Source of the DNA: Lama glama
Lineage: Eukaryota
DNA: 64,000 bases
Direction: 5' to 3'
Assembly: GCA_028534125.1 (NCBI GenBank)
Contig: CM052817.1
Span: 55,306,001 to 55,370,000 of the forward strand
Part shown: positions 1-12,679 of the stretch, one piece after another
How the letters are laid out: each line of letters opens with the position of its first letter
How positions within the stretch are numbered: the first letter of the stretch is position 1
Made by a program: the position numbers and the translations under genes
Notes under the pieces: generated by a model
Seen by the model: the letters and a program-made list of their open reading frames with translations, nothing else
What the model was told of the DNA's origin: nothing
The model's database searches: none

Positions 1-340
1 TCATATCCAACTGCCTTCTAAATGTTTTTATGTGGATAACACACAGTGAACAGTGAACACAAAATTAACATGTTCAGATTGAATTCATCATTTTTTCCCC
101 AGTGTACTCTTTCCTGTTTTTCATGATGTAGCCAAACATTCCCATGTTCTTCAAGGCCTCTTAGATCCATACTCCCCTTCACTCCTTACAGTCTAGGGGA
201 ATTATTACGATTGGATCTATTTCCTTAATATCTCTGATAATTCACCGTATCTCTTCACAACTATTCTATGACCTTTGTTCAGGCTTCTATCACATTTTCT
301 TGGATTATGATAACCACTACACACATTCTTATCTCTCCTC
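1..340. mobile_element. Degenerate LINE-2 fragment
   Basis: Pyrimidine-rich L2-like phrases (catatccaactgccttct...atgtggata; tcacattttcttggattatgataacca). Confidence 0.55.
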
Positions 341-349
341 TATTAGAAT

Positions 350-810
350 TCTTTAAGATGGGGCCTATCCTTCTCCATGAGCTCCCTTCAGAAGGGTCTC
401 AGGGAAAGGGAGCTAATCTGACAACATGATCCTGAGTGAAAAGAATAAAAAAAGGAAAGAAGAAAAGCCAAGGCACAGGTGAGTTATCCAACCTGAGGGC
501 CTCAGAATTGTCTGCTGGAAAGATAGACAAGGGGGCACTTATCCACTGGTTCCTGTCCTCTTTGGTCAACTGCTAGTCCATGGAGCGTTTACTCTTTAGA
601 ACTCCCATGTTTATGTGTGCATGAGTACCGGGTATTTTTTCGGGTGGCGAAAGGCCTGGCTTCAGAAAGACCCTGGTCTAGAAAGCAAGTGCTATAGGGA
701 AACTGAGCAAGGTACTATCCATAAAACCTGTGCAAAGCTTTCTGCTGCAGCAATGGCTGGAAGTGTGCTGAGGGGCAGGCACAAACAACCTCATTCCATG
801 AAATGAACCT
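350..810. mobile_element. Old ERVL-class solo LTR (LTR33/LTR16-like)
   Basis: Higher-GC block with LTR33/16-like phrases (agggggcacttatccactggttcctgtcctctttggtca). Confidence 0.45.
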
Positions 811-1344
811 GAGTATGCAGTGCCCATGATTAAAAATCTGCATGACTACATAAAGATTAAGCTCCTTAGCATAGCACCCAAGGATTCTCTGGGAAACTGT
901 ACATATTGCTCCAAATCTGAGTCAAGTTTCTTTTTGAACAATCCTGTACCTACTATAGTATCTGGAACAGACACACACAGGAACTCCTCATTATCAAAGG
1001 ATGCTTAGTACAGGAAAAAACACACTTGAAGTAAATCCATTTAAAGCTGAAATCAAAACTTCACAGAAAATAGTGGCCAAAGAGAGGCAGTAGTGGAGTA
1101 GGATGGTGGGGGAAGCTAATAGAGAATTGCAATAATAGTAACAAATAAAAACATAGCTTATTTCCTTATATATTTTAACAAATTTTAGCATATGTAAAAA
1201 CTGTTCTCATTCTTAAATACATTTTAAAAGTGTTGCTTTTTTGCATAGAATTTTTCTGACACCTTTTTTAATATAGTGAAATTATATCCTTTATCACAAT
1301 TTAAATTTTACGAAAGGATTATAAAGAAGGTCATTTTTGATTGT

Positions 1345-2520
1345 GGGGAGAAGCAAGATGGCGGAGTAGAAGGACGCTTGTGGCTCACCCTCTCCCACCA
1401 ATACACCAAATCTCAAATCTATGGACCCACTCAGCCAACCAGAGCACCTGCGGAACTCCGACAGAACATCGCCTTCTTCAAAAGACAAAGATGCCAAAAA
1501 TCTGGTAGGAAAAAAGGAAAAAAGAAAGAAGGAAAAGCAAAACAGTGTGGGACCGGTCTCGCAGGGAGGGAGCGGCAAAGGAGGACTGGTGCTTGTTCAC
1601 TGGATCTCCCCCCTCCAACAGAGAGGCCAGCAGAATGGAAGGGGGCCTCTGAGGCTCAGAACTACCCCAAGCACCCCTTGACTGACAGAACTGAGTTAAA
1701 CGGGCACAAAGGGTCCCCACAACACCCAGCCTGAGACACGAGCCGGCAGCTGGGGGCTAGGACAGGCTGCCCGAGTCGGGCGAAGGACTGGGGCGGCTGC
1801 ACTGTGGCATCCCCGGGGGACTGCAGGGTGCTGCGTGCCATGGTTCAGAGGGGATATGGAGCAGAACAACCTCAGTCCCCCATAAATTGTGAAGAAAGCA
1901 AAGCAACACGACTGGTGTGCCCTGATGGGATGGGCACCGTAGCCTTTGTTTCCTCAGACCCGCGGCCCATTACTGGTGCTTCTCACAAGAAGAGAGGCGA
2001 GGCACAGCCACAGCCGCCATGTCCTCCTGTGCGCAGCGCCCAAGTTGGGGCGAGGCCGATCCCTGAATCCGCGCTGGAGGGCTCCGCAACCTTCTAGGCA
2101 AAACTGAGACTTGTTTACAGCCTAAGGCATGTAGGATCTTTCTGCCCTGGCACCTCAGAGACCTCACGCTGCCAAGACAAACAAGGTGCTGAGATTTGGC
2201 ACGGAGTAGGAGCTGGGCCGTTTTGCGGTCTTCCCCTAGCCTGCCTTCAGAGCGCCAACACGAGGTGGAACAGGCAGCTACACAGAACAGCAGAGCCACC
2301 AGTGCTGGGAGATGGCGGGCGTCCACCCCTCTTCCTGGCAGGAATGCAGCACCTGAGCACGGTGCTGGGAGGGGGTACGATCTGCCCACCTGCCTCGCCC
2401 GAGCGCAGCATCTGACTGTGGCATCTGGAGGGACAGTGACCCACCCACTCACCTGGTAAGAGCTCAGCACCTGACCCAGTGTTGTGAGGGGGCGCGATCT
2501 GCTAGCCAACAGTGACTAGG
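1345..2520 (+). promoter_or_regulatory. L1 5'UTR internal Pol II promoter, CpG-rich, with YY1-type motif
   Basis: CAAGATGGCG at 1354-1363, about 10 nt from the element start. This is the only extended GC- and CpG-rich tract in the window. Confidence 0.75.
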
Positions 2521-2683
2521 AGCAGCACAGATGAGGGTGCCAACAGAGGGCCTCTGGAAACAGCAAGCTGAGTTCCCAAAACAGGGTGAAGACACAAAGA
2601 CCTCTCGATAAAATCATTAAGAGCACACCGTCTCCAGGAGAACTAGATAACTGATACTCCTTAAGTCACAGTGATAGAGAGAT

Positions 2684-3580
2684 ATGAGCAATATGAAGAA
2701 GCAGAGGAACCACTTCCAACTAAAAGATCAAGCGAAATCCCCTGAAAGCAGGAACAAGGAAATAGACATTGATGGCCTACTAGATCAAGATTTCAAAAAA
2801 GGAGTAATCAAAATACTGAAGGAACTAAAAGAAAGTGTTTTAGATCTAAAATATGTCAAAAATGAAATAGAAGCTATAAAGAACCACCAAGAATTAGTAA
2901 AGTCATTTGCTGAGATGAGAGCTGATCTAAAGGCTGTACAAAAGCAGGCTAGATCATGCAGAGGAACGAGTAAGTGACCTGCAAGACAGGACAACAGAAA
3001 GCACCCAATCAGAACAGCTGAGAGAAAAACAAATAAAAAAACTATGAAAATAATATAAGGGGCCTATGGGATAATATAAAGCATGCCAATCTATGCATAA
3101 TAGGGGTTCCAGAAGGGGAAGAAAGAACAAAGGGAATTGAAAAGGTATTTGAAGAAATCATGTCTGAAAATTCCCCAAACCTAAAGAAGGAATCAGATAT
3201 CCAAGTACAGGAGGCTCAGAAGGTCCCAAACAGGAAGAACCCAAACAGACCCACACCAAGACATATCATCATCAAGATGGCCAGAGTCAAGGATAAAGAA
3301 CTGATCCCAAAGGCAGCAAGAGAAAAACAAATACTGAGTTACAAGGGAACCCCCATAAGGCCCTCAGCTGATTTCTCTACACAAACACTACAGGCCAGAA
3401 GGGAATGGCAAGATATATTCAAAGTCCTGAAAGAAAAAAAGATGCAGCTTAGGATACTCTAACCAGCAAGGCTATCCTTTAGAATAGGAGGAGAGAGAAA
3501 GAACTTCACAGACAAGCAAAAACTATGAGTTTAGCAAAACTAAACCCATGCTAAAAGAAATATTGACAGGTCTACTCTAA
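2684..3580 (+). pseudogene. L1 ORF1p, disrupted
   Basis: MSNMKKQRNH...FKKGVIKILKEL (coiled coil), then NLCIIGVPEGEE, RPTPRHIIIKM and KGTPIRPSADFSTQTLQARREWQDIFKVLKEK. Frameshifts in A-runs near 2941 and 3040, premature TAA at 3460-3462, natural end GLL* at 3580. Confidence 0.92.
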
Positions 3581-3721
3581 ATAGAAAAGAAGCAGGATGC
3601 TACAAAAATGAGAAACTCATAACTGGAAAGGAGATAACTGCCATGAATTACAAAAAGAATAAACACAAAATTATAAAAGAAGACATCTAAATCATTAAGA
3701 GTGGGAGAGGGAAGCAAGGAA

Positions 3722-4092
3722 AGCCACTGTGGAAAACAGTATGGAGATTCCTCAAAAGACTAGGAATAGACTTACCATATGACCCAGGAATCCTGCTCCT
3801 AGGCATATATCCAGAAGGAACCCTACTTCCAAATGACACCTGCACCCCAATGTTCATAGCAGCACTATTTACAATAGCCAAGACATGGAAACAGCCTAAA
3901 TGTCCATCAATAAATGACTGGATAAAGAAGATGTGGTGTATTTGTACAATGGAATGCTATTCAGCCACAAAAACTGACAACATAACGCCATTTGCAGCAA
4001 CATAGATGCTCCTGGAGAATATCATTCTAAGTGAAGTAAGCCAGAAAGAGAAAGAAAAATACCATATGAAATCGCTCATATGAGGAGTCTAA
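3722..4092 (+). pseudogene. L1 ORF2p extreme C-terminal remnant
   Basis: Translates as [31 protein letters not shown]...[32 protein letters not shown]...; endonuclease and RT domains absent. Confidence 0.92.
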
Positions 4093-5184
4093 AGAAAAAA
4101 AAGAACATAAATACAGAACAGAAACAGACTCATAGACATAGAATACAAACTTGTGGTTGCCAAGGGGGCGAGGGGGTAGGAAGAGACAGACTTGGATTTT
4201 AAAATGTAGAATAGATAAGATTATCTGGTATAGCACAGGGAAAAGTATACAAGATCTTGTGGTAGCTCATAGCGGAAAAGAAATGTGACAATGAATATAT
4301 ACGTTCATGTATAACTGAAAAATTGTGCTCTTCACTAGAATTTGACACAACATTATAAAATAACTATTACTCAATAAAAAAATGTAAAAAAAATTAAGTT
4401 AGGTTAACTTGCAAAAAAAATAGCCTATTGTGGGGGAAACTGATGAGATTCTAATAAAATCTAATAAAGTCTTTAGTTAACAGTACTAAAAAAAAAAAGG
4501 AATGTCATTTTTATTAAAATAAATGAAGTTTTCTCACTTTTCCCCAAAAGGCTACCTGAGATCTTGATTGCTAAAACATTGTTTTGAAATAACTAACATA
4601 TCATAACTTGTATCAGTATTTTCTTCCATTTGTTAGCTGCTAAACTTTTTAAGTCCTTCATTTAGCAGTGGCTTTGTACGTGACTGGAATAGTCTATGAA
4701 CAAAATCTTATTGACATATTGAAAATGTGGTTCTTGGAAGATATGCACTTGCACTTTCTAATTAATTTGCATTGTATTTGCATTTTGTTGACTAATGTTT
4801 ACAGGACACTATTGTTAGTGAACAGAATTATTGGTAAAGAACTTGAGGAGAGGAGCAGGGACATTCAGTAATGTTAAGTGGCCAACAAGAAGGAGACGGA
4901 AGTATTTTACTAAAGAATAATTTTATAAACTATCATTCCTTAGTGATTATTTTCATGCAATAGCAAATTTTATCTTCTCAACCTCATAGCTGTGGGGATT
5001 CAGAATGAATGGATAATGAGAATATGCTCTATATTTACTTTTTATTATTTTATTGTTCTCATAGGAGCTTTTCTGTTCCATTAAAATTGCCAGTGTACTC
5101 CTCTTTCTCCAGTTAGGTTCTACATTCTGTAAGGTTAGCTGACTTTTAATAAAAAAAAAAAATTAGCAATAATAGGTAATTACT

Positions 5185-5375
5185 GATAGACAACAGTGTT
5201 GGTAAGAGCTTTACTTGAATTATCTCACTGACTTTATGACACCCCTAGAAGGCACTGTACATTTGAATTGTTAATTATTATTCCATTTTATATGTCAGAA
5301 AACCAAAGTACAAAAGTATTTTTTCAAGCACATGCATTAAAGTGGTAGAGTTTGGATTCAAATCCAGGCATCAGA
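5185..5375 (-). mobile_element. MIR SINE relic
   Basis: MIR-like phrases ttattattccattttatatgtcagaaaac and aagtggtagagttggattcaaatccaggca. Confidence 0.6.
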
Positions 5376-7109
5376 GTTCATATATTTTTTATAAAATGAC
5401 AATAAAATAAGAGCCTGAACTTGATTGGATGAAGTCTTCCTTTTTTTAAAAGTGTTTCTTAAAGGTGATGCTGTGTAATTTTTTTTTTTAATATATTGGG
5501 AAGGACAGAATGTCTGGTTGTGTCTCTCTCACTGACGTTCAGTTTGACCAGTATGTTTGAGTAAGGTCGCCTTGATTGTTCTGTTACAGTCTTTCACCTA
5601 CTGTTGCAGCCATTAATGCCAGATCTGTGATTCCATAAAAAAAATTAGTAATTGCAAAATGAACTTCTAATTCTATTACTCCTTCTGCATTTATAAATTT
5701 CTTTTGTTCCTACAAAGACATCGACTATAAGAATAATAGGATGAATGCTAAATTATTTCCCTTACTTAGTGGGTTTTGTGTTTTTATATACTCTTCCTCC
5801 CTCTCTCCACTTAACTCATATAAGAGAATACTAAGCTAAGGTGTTAACCTCTAGAAGGAAGCTTCCTCTGACTTCTCACCCAGGCCTTATTTGGTATTCT
5901 TCCTCTACATTCCATTTTATCTTCATTCCCACCTATGTTATAATATAACAATAGCCTCTGAATGATAATTTTCCTGTCCCCTTCCTAGAAGATACACTCC
6001 CTGAAGACAGGAATAGTATATTTCACATAACTTATTTCTTCCCGGTCTTAATACCTTGCCTTCTAAATGGTAGATGAAAGAAGGGTTAACTAAAATAATG
6101 AAATTAGAAGGGAAAAAACAAGGCCATGCATTGTGAGTTCCGCTAGCTTTTAACACTGTGTTTTTCAAGTGCTGGATGAAAGAATGGTTGCATGAATATT
6201 GAATTAATAAGATTAGAGGTAAATACTCAATTACACAATCTGAGGAAGTACCAGCAGTCCTGGTCCTCAGGAGGACACAGAAGTGAAAATGATTTGCTGG
6301 TATAAATGAACATCTGTCTTTAAAACATTCCAGCAAGAAAAGAAATTTACCTCAAATTTAGCTTATGTCTGTTTTCTGTAATTTTATGAGTCTAAAAGGA
6401 GATTTTATGATTACAGTAGTACTTGCTTAAATGATACAAAAATGAATTTTGTATTTCATTACACATGGATCTAACCAGTTGAAGCTGTTAAAGAACTAAA
6501 TTATTAATTAACTTAGTAGACCAGGTTGTCATTGGACATGTCTGGAAACATTTTCCTGATCAATAAACAGTGGAATTTGTTTTAATCAACTAGATACAGA
6601 TCTGTGCATCCATTTCATCCTATCTGAATGCTAGTTTCCAATCCTTAACTAGCATTACCACCTTGACCACTGTGTGTGTCCCTTTCTAGCACTTAAGAAA
6701 AAATTTGTACCTTTTCATATCAATGAACTACTCAACAAATTGCTTCACTAGAGTTGAATTAATAAACTTGGTTTTATATTTTACCCTTGTGCTTTCTTTT
6801 TGTTCTTTGACATCTGAGATGTGATAGAAACAATGGAGTGTGGCTAATTTACTTGATGGAAGTCACATTCTTAACTCCACACCCCCCCCCCTTTTTTTTT
6901 AAGATTCTGTATAGTAAATCAGATCTTTGATTTTTTTAAATACTGAAATATATCTTCAAGGTTGTGGATTATGCTCTGGCCAGGTCTTATTTTTGTGTGG
7001 TTCAAACTATAGGCTCATTGCAGTAGATTGATGATAACTTCAAATTAGTAGACCAAAGTTTTGGCCTCATTTCTGAAGAATGAGTAGAACACAACAGAAT
7101 TTGTGATTT

Positions 7110-7300
7110 CAAAGTCTGAAGACAAACTGATTGCTTTTGAATCCTAGTTTTGCCACTTTTTAGTGGCAAGTTATTTACCCTTTCTATGTTTTGGTTAACT
7201 GATACAGCTACTGTAAGAATTAAATAGGTTAATAGATATGAAGCAGTTATAATCATGCTGGGCACACAGTAAGCACTTAACAAAAGTGTTAGCTGTTGTT
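7110..7300 (+). mobile_element. MIR SINE relic
   Basis: tttgaatcctagttttgccactt...ggcaagttatttacc...ctgggcacacagtaagcacttaacaaa. Confidence 0.7.
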
Positions 7301-8488
7301 ATTATCCTCTTGTATTAATGTAACCTGATATGTTCACCAGTGCTGTCACAGTGCCTGTTGGACATGATCAGCTTCTTTTCATGAGCTATTACAATTCAAG
7401 AAAAAGAGAAATGCCGATAGAACATAGTACCTGGCATAATCTTAAGTACACAGTAATATTTGATGAAGCAAAGACTGTAGATTAACCTGAAGAAATCTGC
7501 AATTGTTCAGAGTTAAAATAAGCTCAAAGAGATGATGGAAATGCCATGTTCCTTTCAAAGACTTAGCTCCTAAAGTGCATCTCAAAGAATATTTTGTATG
7601 CAAATCTGTTGCCATCTAGTTTCCGTTAGTTGATTAACAGTAGTGTTAAGTTGTAATATAACAGATGCTATAATTTAGTTTAAATCATAGCTCCTTGGAT
7701 CATGGAAAATTAACATCCAAACGATATACTACATTATGTTCAGTACCATTATATAAGGAAATATGTCTCTATTTACTGTAACTAAAATAGTAACCAATTC
7801 ACTTTTAATTTGTATAAATTCCCTAATATAAAACAAAGCAAATAGCTAAAATAAGTGTAAAGTCTTACATGTACTAAACACGTTATTTTTAGGATCTACT
7901 TTATTTTAGTGCACATTTGAGTACATATTTTTAGTTTTCAGTTTTTAAGTTTAAAATCTCTTTTATAGCTTCTGTTTTAGAACAAAAGTTATAAAAATTC
8001 CTTTGTTGAAATGTTGAAACAACTTCACTACTGCCTGGGAAAGCTCTTTCCTAAGAAAGGCACTTGAAATGTATTTGGTTCCATGCTGTCTTATTTTCAT
8101 AACTGTCCCTTCTATATTTAAAAGTAAACTATCCTCTCTGGAAGTCCCTTTCTGCTTTGGATCAACCACTTTTCTGAACTAATCTCCCCATTTGTCTCCT
8201 GCTTTTCTTGTAGTGGCATATGATGACTGTATGTCTACCCCAGCTGTTTCTAATTTAATGACTCTGGTTGTCTTTGGGAAATGACTTGGCAACGTTACTC
8301 TTTTGTTTAAATGGAGGTAGAATGTTTTACTATATAATCACTATATATTAAACAAAGTTTCCCTATCCTACATTATATGGGTAAGAGAAACAAACACATA
8401 TTTTCACAGTTGGATTATGAGAAGGAAGAAAGCATTACAGTTTAAAACTGTATGTCAGTTCTGTAAAAGAATAGGTTTTGCAGTTCAT

Positions 8489-8490
<2 letters not shown>

Positions 8491-8532
<42 letters not shown>
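8491..8532. repeat. (CA)21 microsatellite
   Basis: Perfect dinucleotide run. Confidence 0.98.
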
Positions 8533-8533
<1 letters not shown>

Positions 8534-9116
8534 CCAGTGAAAACATAAACATTTCTTTCTGTCTAAATAATTTTGAGCAGTTTTATCTATATTAACATTT
8601 GTAAATAATACCAAATATCCATTGCTAAAAGTGTGCTTCAGTGATACTCTCTTTAAAAAATACCAGTTAATCTGTGCCAGTGTCATTCAATAAAATGCAG
8701 TTAGATTTTATTTAATTAAGACATTAAAGCACTCAGTATTTATCCCTAAAATTACCATTTGGGTTGTGGAACCAGAAAATGCTTTATAAAAAGAATTAAG
8801 CTGTGGATCCAGTTAAATGTACCATACATGACTAGTGTCAGGGTTTTGATTTCTAACCAGAAATTGAAATGCTGCCTTTTTCTTCTTACTACAACTTCTG
8901 TGCTTCCTGCTTTCCTTGTGCTTCTTTCACTTTGGGCACGTTTCTGGTACACACATATATGCTGCATGGTTGATTTCAACCTATCATGAATATTCCTCTT
9001 TATCCTCCACAGCCATAGAGAATATTTAACCTGTGAATTGTTTCTTGGTAGCCTTATATGAAAAGGGTTAGGTGGAATTGCCTCTAGTAAGTAGGTCTCA
9101 CCTGACACAAATAATA

Positions 9117-9327
9117 CAGTTGACCCTTGAACAACACTGATTTGAACTGAGCAAGCCTACTCATATGTGGATTATTTTCAGTCAGTACATTCTACAGTAC
9201 TACTCCAAGGTTGAATCCACAGATGCAGAACCTATGGACAGGAAGGGCTGAATCTGAAGTTATAAGTGAATTTTCGACTGTGTGTGGGTCAGTGCCCCTA
9301 TCCTCTACATTGTTCAAGGATCAACTG
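9117..9327. mobile_element. Tigger-derived MITE (MER8-like, TcMar)
   Basis: TIRs cagttgacccttgaacaa / ttgttcaaggatcaactg, flanked by TA at 9115-9116 and 9328-9329. Confidence 0.88.
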
Positions 9328-11209
9328 TATCTTTCTTTCAGTTTTTTTTTTTTCCTTTCTTAAAGTAGTCTCTTTTCATAGCAGTTTGCTGGAGACTTTT
9401 CTAAATAGCTTAAAACTCCACTCAATAAAAATAGATGACTTTTGCATAGATTTTTGTGAAGTAATTTTACAGTTATGTATTCACTTAGTCATTAAAAATA
9501 TAAAAAGCTGTAATATTTTATTTAGATTGACCCATTAACCCTTTCCACCAGTGGTCTTGAATGTATTTTGGCTTTATTGTAATGACTAAAATATGGAGGA
9601 GCAATAGAGTGCTATATTGGTAGAATTGTATGAATTTTGGACTCATGTTTGGTAGACCAGTTTTCTTATTTTCCTTCTGCAAAATAAAAATACTATTGCC
9701 TGTTTTATGAATTAAATCTGATAGAATATAAGTTGATTTTATAGTATGAAATAGACATCATAAAGGTTAATCCTAGTGAATTACATCAAAAGCAAGACAA
9801 ATAACCGTAATTGGCAAAAAGAACTAACACCCTGAAAGATATGGTTGGCATGTTATGGTACTAAAATTATGAGACCTTCCATATTGTGTATGGTAAATTT
9901 GCTGGTTTTATCTTACCATAATCAGTCAAGTGCATAGACATTATTCTAGAACATTTTAATTCATTGTTAGAATCTAAAGGTCTAGCCCAAGAGAACTTCT
10001 GCAATGAAAATGTGAAGTAAATATAGAAAATACCTTCAGATTCTTTCATGAGGTCCCCCAAAACACTGCTTAAAAATATGGTGAGGATATCTCATTCAAG
10101 ATTGCCCTGGAGCACATGTTTAATGACCCTCTTGAAAAATAACAGTGAAACCAAAGAAAAGATTAAGAGAATAGATAGGGAGTAGAAAAAGAACATTGAA
10201 AGGGAGGTAGGGGGAGTGAAGGAGGAAGAGAAGGATAAAAAAATGGAATACTCAGTTTCACTCAGGAAATGATAATTACCTTGACAGCTATGCTGGCTAA
10301 CCCTGCCTCACTGCCTTGAAGCTCCTTTTAGAGGGAAAACTATGGATTAGCATGTCCTGTTAATTTTCGAAATATGTAAGTCCAAGAAAGATATCTAGAG
10401 GGGAAACAAGCCTGCGTGACTGTAGAGGAAAACAAAACAGTTCAAACTTTCATCCTTTAATCCAGGTGAGGATAAGATGAACAAGGTCCAATAAACATAT
10501 AATAAGAGTTCGAAGAGGACTGAACTGAGCTCACAGTAATTAGGATTAAATCAAACCAATAATAGAAAACAATCTCCTGGCTTGGATAAAGGCTTTGCAC
10601 TTTACTTTGAAAGACTTTGTGAAATACTAAGTAATAAAAGTTGTAAAGAATCTAATTCAATTAAAATCTTAATGTTATAAAAATCAAAAGAAAACCCTAC
10701 AAATGAATAGAAATAAAAAAGGAAACTAACATGAATTCGAAACCATCAATACTAGATGCCACAAGACCATAAAGTAGTGGCTATCAATTTCTGTTGAATG
10801 ATTTAAACCTAGAATGTAGAGACAGTTTCACTTTATGTTAAGAGTGAAGTCAAAATAATAAAATTTCAGACTTGCAAGTTTTACTGAAATGTACTTTCCA
10901 CTTTTACTCAAATTTAAGTTAATCAGATATATCTTGTAAAATATGCAAAGAATAGTACATTGTAAATACAGGGCTTAGAAAGCAATGAAATGAAATTAGA
11001 ATAAGACATCAGGGAGCTTTTTAATAATTTCGAAAGAAATTACAAGTCATCTCATGAGCTTAATAAATAATAATCTGGAAGTACAAATGAGTGAAATATT
11101 AATGGAGTTAGTGTATATGACTTCTGATATCTTAAAATTTGTATTTTAAAAAGGGAAATCAAAACTTTGGGAAGAAATGTGGAATAACTAGTTATGATGA
11201 TTGAAAGTG

Positions 11210-12660
11210 CTGTTTAGATCAACTATATCCTTATTGGTATTATTCTTACTTGTTCTATCAATTACTGAAAGAAGGGTACTGAAGTCTCCATCTGTAATAA
11301 TAGATTCATTTGTTTTTCCTTGAAGTTATATTAGTTTTGTCTCAAAGATTTTGACACTTTGTTGTTAGGTGTGAACACACTTAAAACTATTATTCCTGTT
11401 GGAGAATTGATGTCTTTGAGGTCATTTTGTAACACCTCTCTTCATCCCTGAAAATTTTTCTTGCTCTTAAGTCTGCTTTGTCTAAAACTAATCAACTTCT
11501 CTAGATAATTTTTGATTAATGTTAGCATAGTATGATTTCCTCTGTCTCTTTACTTTTGATATCTGCATCTTGAAAATTAAACTGTATTTCTCCTGACAAC
11601 ATTCAGTTCTCTCTTTTTTAATCCACTGTGACAACCTGTATTTGGTGTATGTGGTTTTTTTTTCTTCTCTTATTTTCTTCCCTCCTCTGGTTTTCATTGC
11701 GCACTATGTTAGTTTGCTAGGGCCACTGTGATAAAATACCAAAGACTGTGTGGCTTAAACAGCAGAAGTCTATTTTCTCACCGTTTCAGGAACGAGAAGT
11801 CCCAAGGTGAGGGCAGAGAGTTTGTTTTCTTCTGAGGCCTTTCTTCCTGGTCTTCAGAGGGCCACCTTCTAGCTGTTGTCCTCACATGGTCTTTCTTCTG
11901 TGCACAGGAATTCCTGGTGTCTCTTTCTGTGTCCAAATTTTCTCTTCTTATAAGGACACCAGTCAGATTGGAAGAGGACCTGTCTTAACTGTGTCATTTT
12001 AATTTAATAATCTCTTTAAAGGCCTGTCTTCAAATACAATCACATTCTGAGTTATTGAGGTTTGGACTTCTGTATATGCATTTGAGGGGTTACAATTCAG
12101 CCTATAACAAACATTTTTGCATTTTCTTTTTTATATAGATATACAAATTATTCTTTAAACATACTTTAATGGTTGCTCTGGAGATTAAAATGAATATTTT
12201 AAATAGTCTAATTTCACCTTCAGATAACACTATACTGCTTCACTTGAGTATAGGTAACTGATAACAAAGTTGCTATTATTACTTTAAATGAGCTATTACA
12301 TTTTAGATCAATTAGCAATAAGTAAAACAGACTTTATTTTACCTTCAGTTGTTTCTTCTCTCATACTGTTCTTTTCTTAATGAAAATCAAAGTTCCCAAT
12401 GATTCAGTTTCCTTCTCCTTTAAGACCTTTTTGATCATTGACTGCAGGGAAGATCTGCCTGTGAAGAATACCCCAGCTTTTATTTCTCTGAGAGGGTCTT
12501 TATTTCTCCTTCAGTATTAGAGAAAAATCCTATTGTAAGTGGGAGCCTAAGTCAATAGTTTTTTCAACAATTTCAATATTTCACTTCACTTTCTTTTGCT
12601 TGCATGGTTTGTGATGAAAAGTCTACTATAATTCTTATTTTTGTACATCTGTAGGAGACC
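11210..12660 (-). mobile_element. Old L1 (L1M) ORF1/ORF2 junction fragments, interrupted by an MLT1 LTR
   Basis: Antisense L1 phrases ctatcaattactgaaagaagggtactgaagtctcca, ttttaatccactgtgacaacc, gcttgcatggtttgtgatgaaaagtc. Confidence 0.7.
11706..12110. mobile_element. MaLR solo LTR (MLT1A/B/C-like)
   Basis: tatgttagtttgctagggcc...ggcttaaacagcagaa...tcttcttataaggacaccagtcagattgga...caattcagcctataaca. Confidence 0.88.
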
Positions 12661-12679
12661 TTGTGTTTTTCAGTGCACT

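Larger units (their letters stand above)
1345..4498 (+). mobile_element. Young LINE-1, 5'-complete, with nearly all of ORF2 missing (5'UTR + ORF1 + ORF2 C-terminus + 3'UTR + 3' transduction)
   Basis: Starts GGGGAGAAGCAAGATGGCGG. GC/CpG-rich 5'UTR to ~2680, ORF1 at 2684-3580, ORF2 C-terminal sequence from ~3722, 3'UTR ending in AATAAA (4373) and A-tracts. Degenerate TSD: aaagaaggtcattttt (1323-1338) vs aaggaatgtcattttt (4497-4512). Confidence 0.93.

Noticed and set aside
1970..2509. 179-aa antisense ORF in the L1 5'UTR as an ORF0 analogue
   Set aside because: It starts at a non-ATG codon, long ORFs are expected in GC-rich DNA, and no homology is recognisable. The same applies to the other ORFs at 1276-2459.
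4807..4835. Possible small exon after ttttacag with a gtaaag donor; similar candidates near 5064 and 22341
   Set aside because: Weaker splice context, no recognisable peptide, and such sites are frequent in AT-rich DNA.
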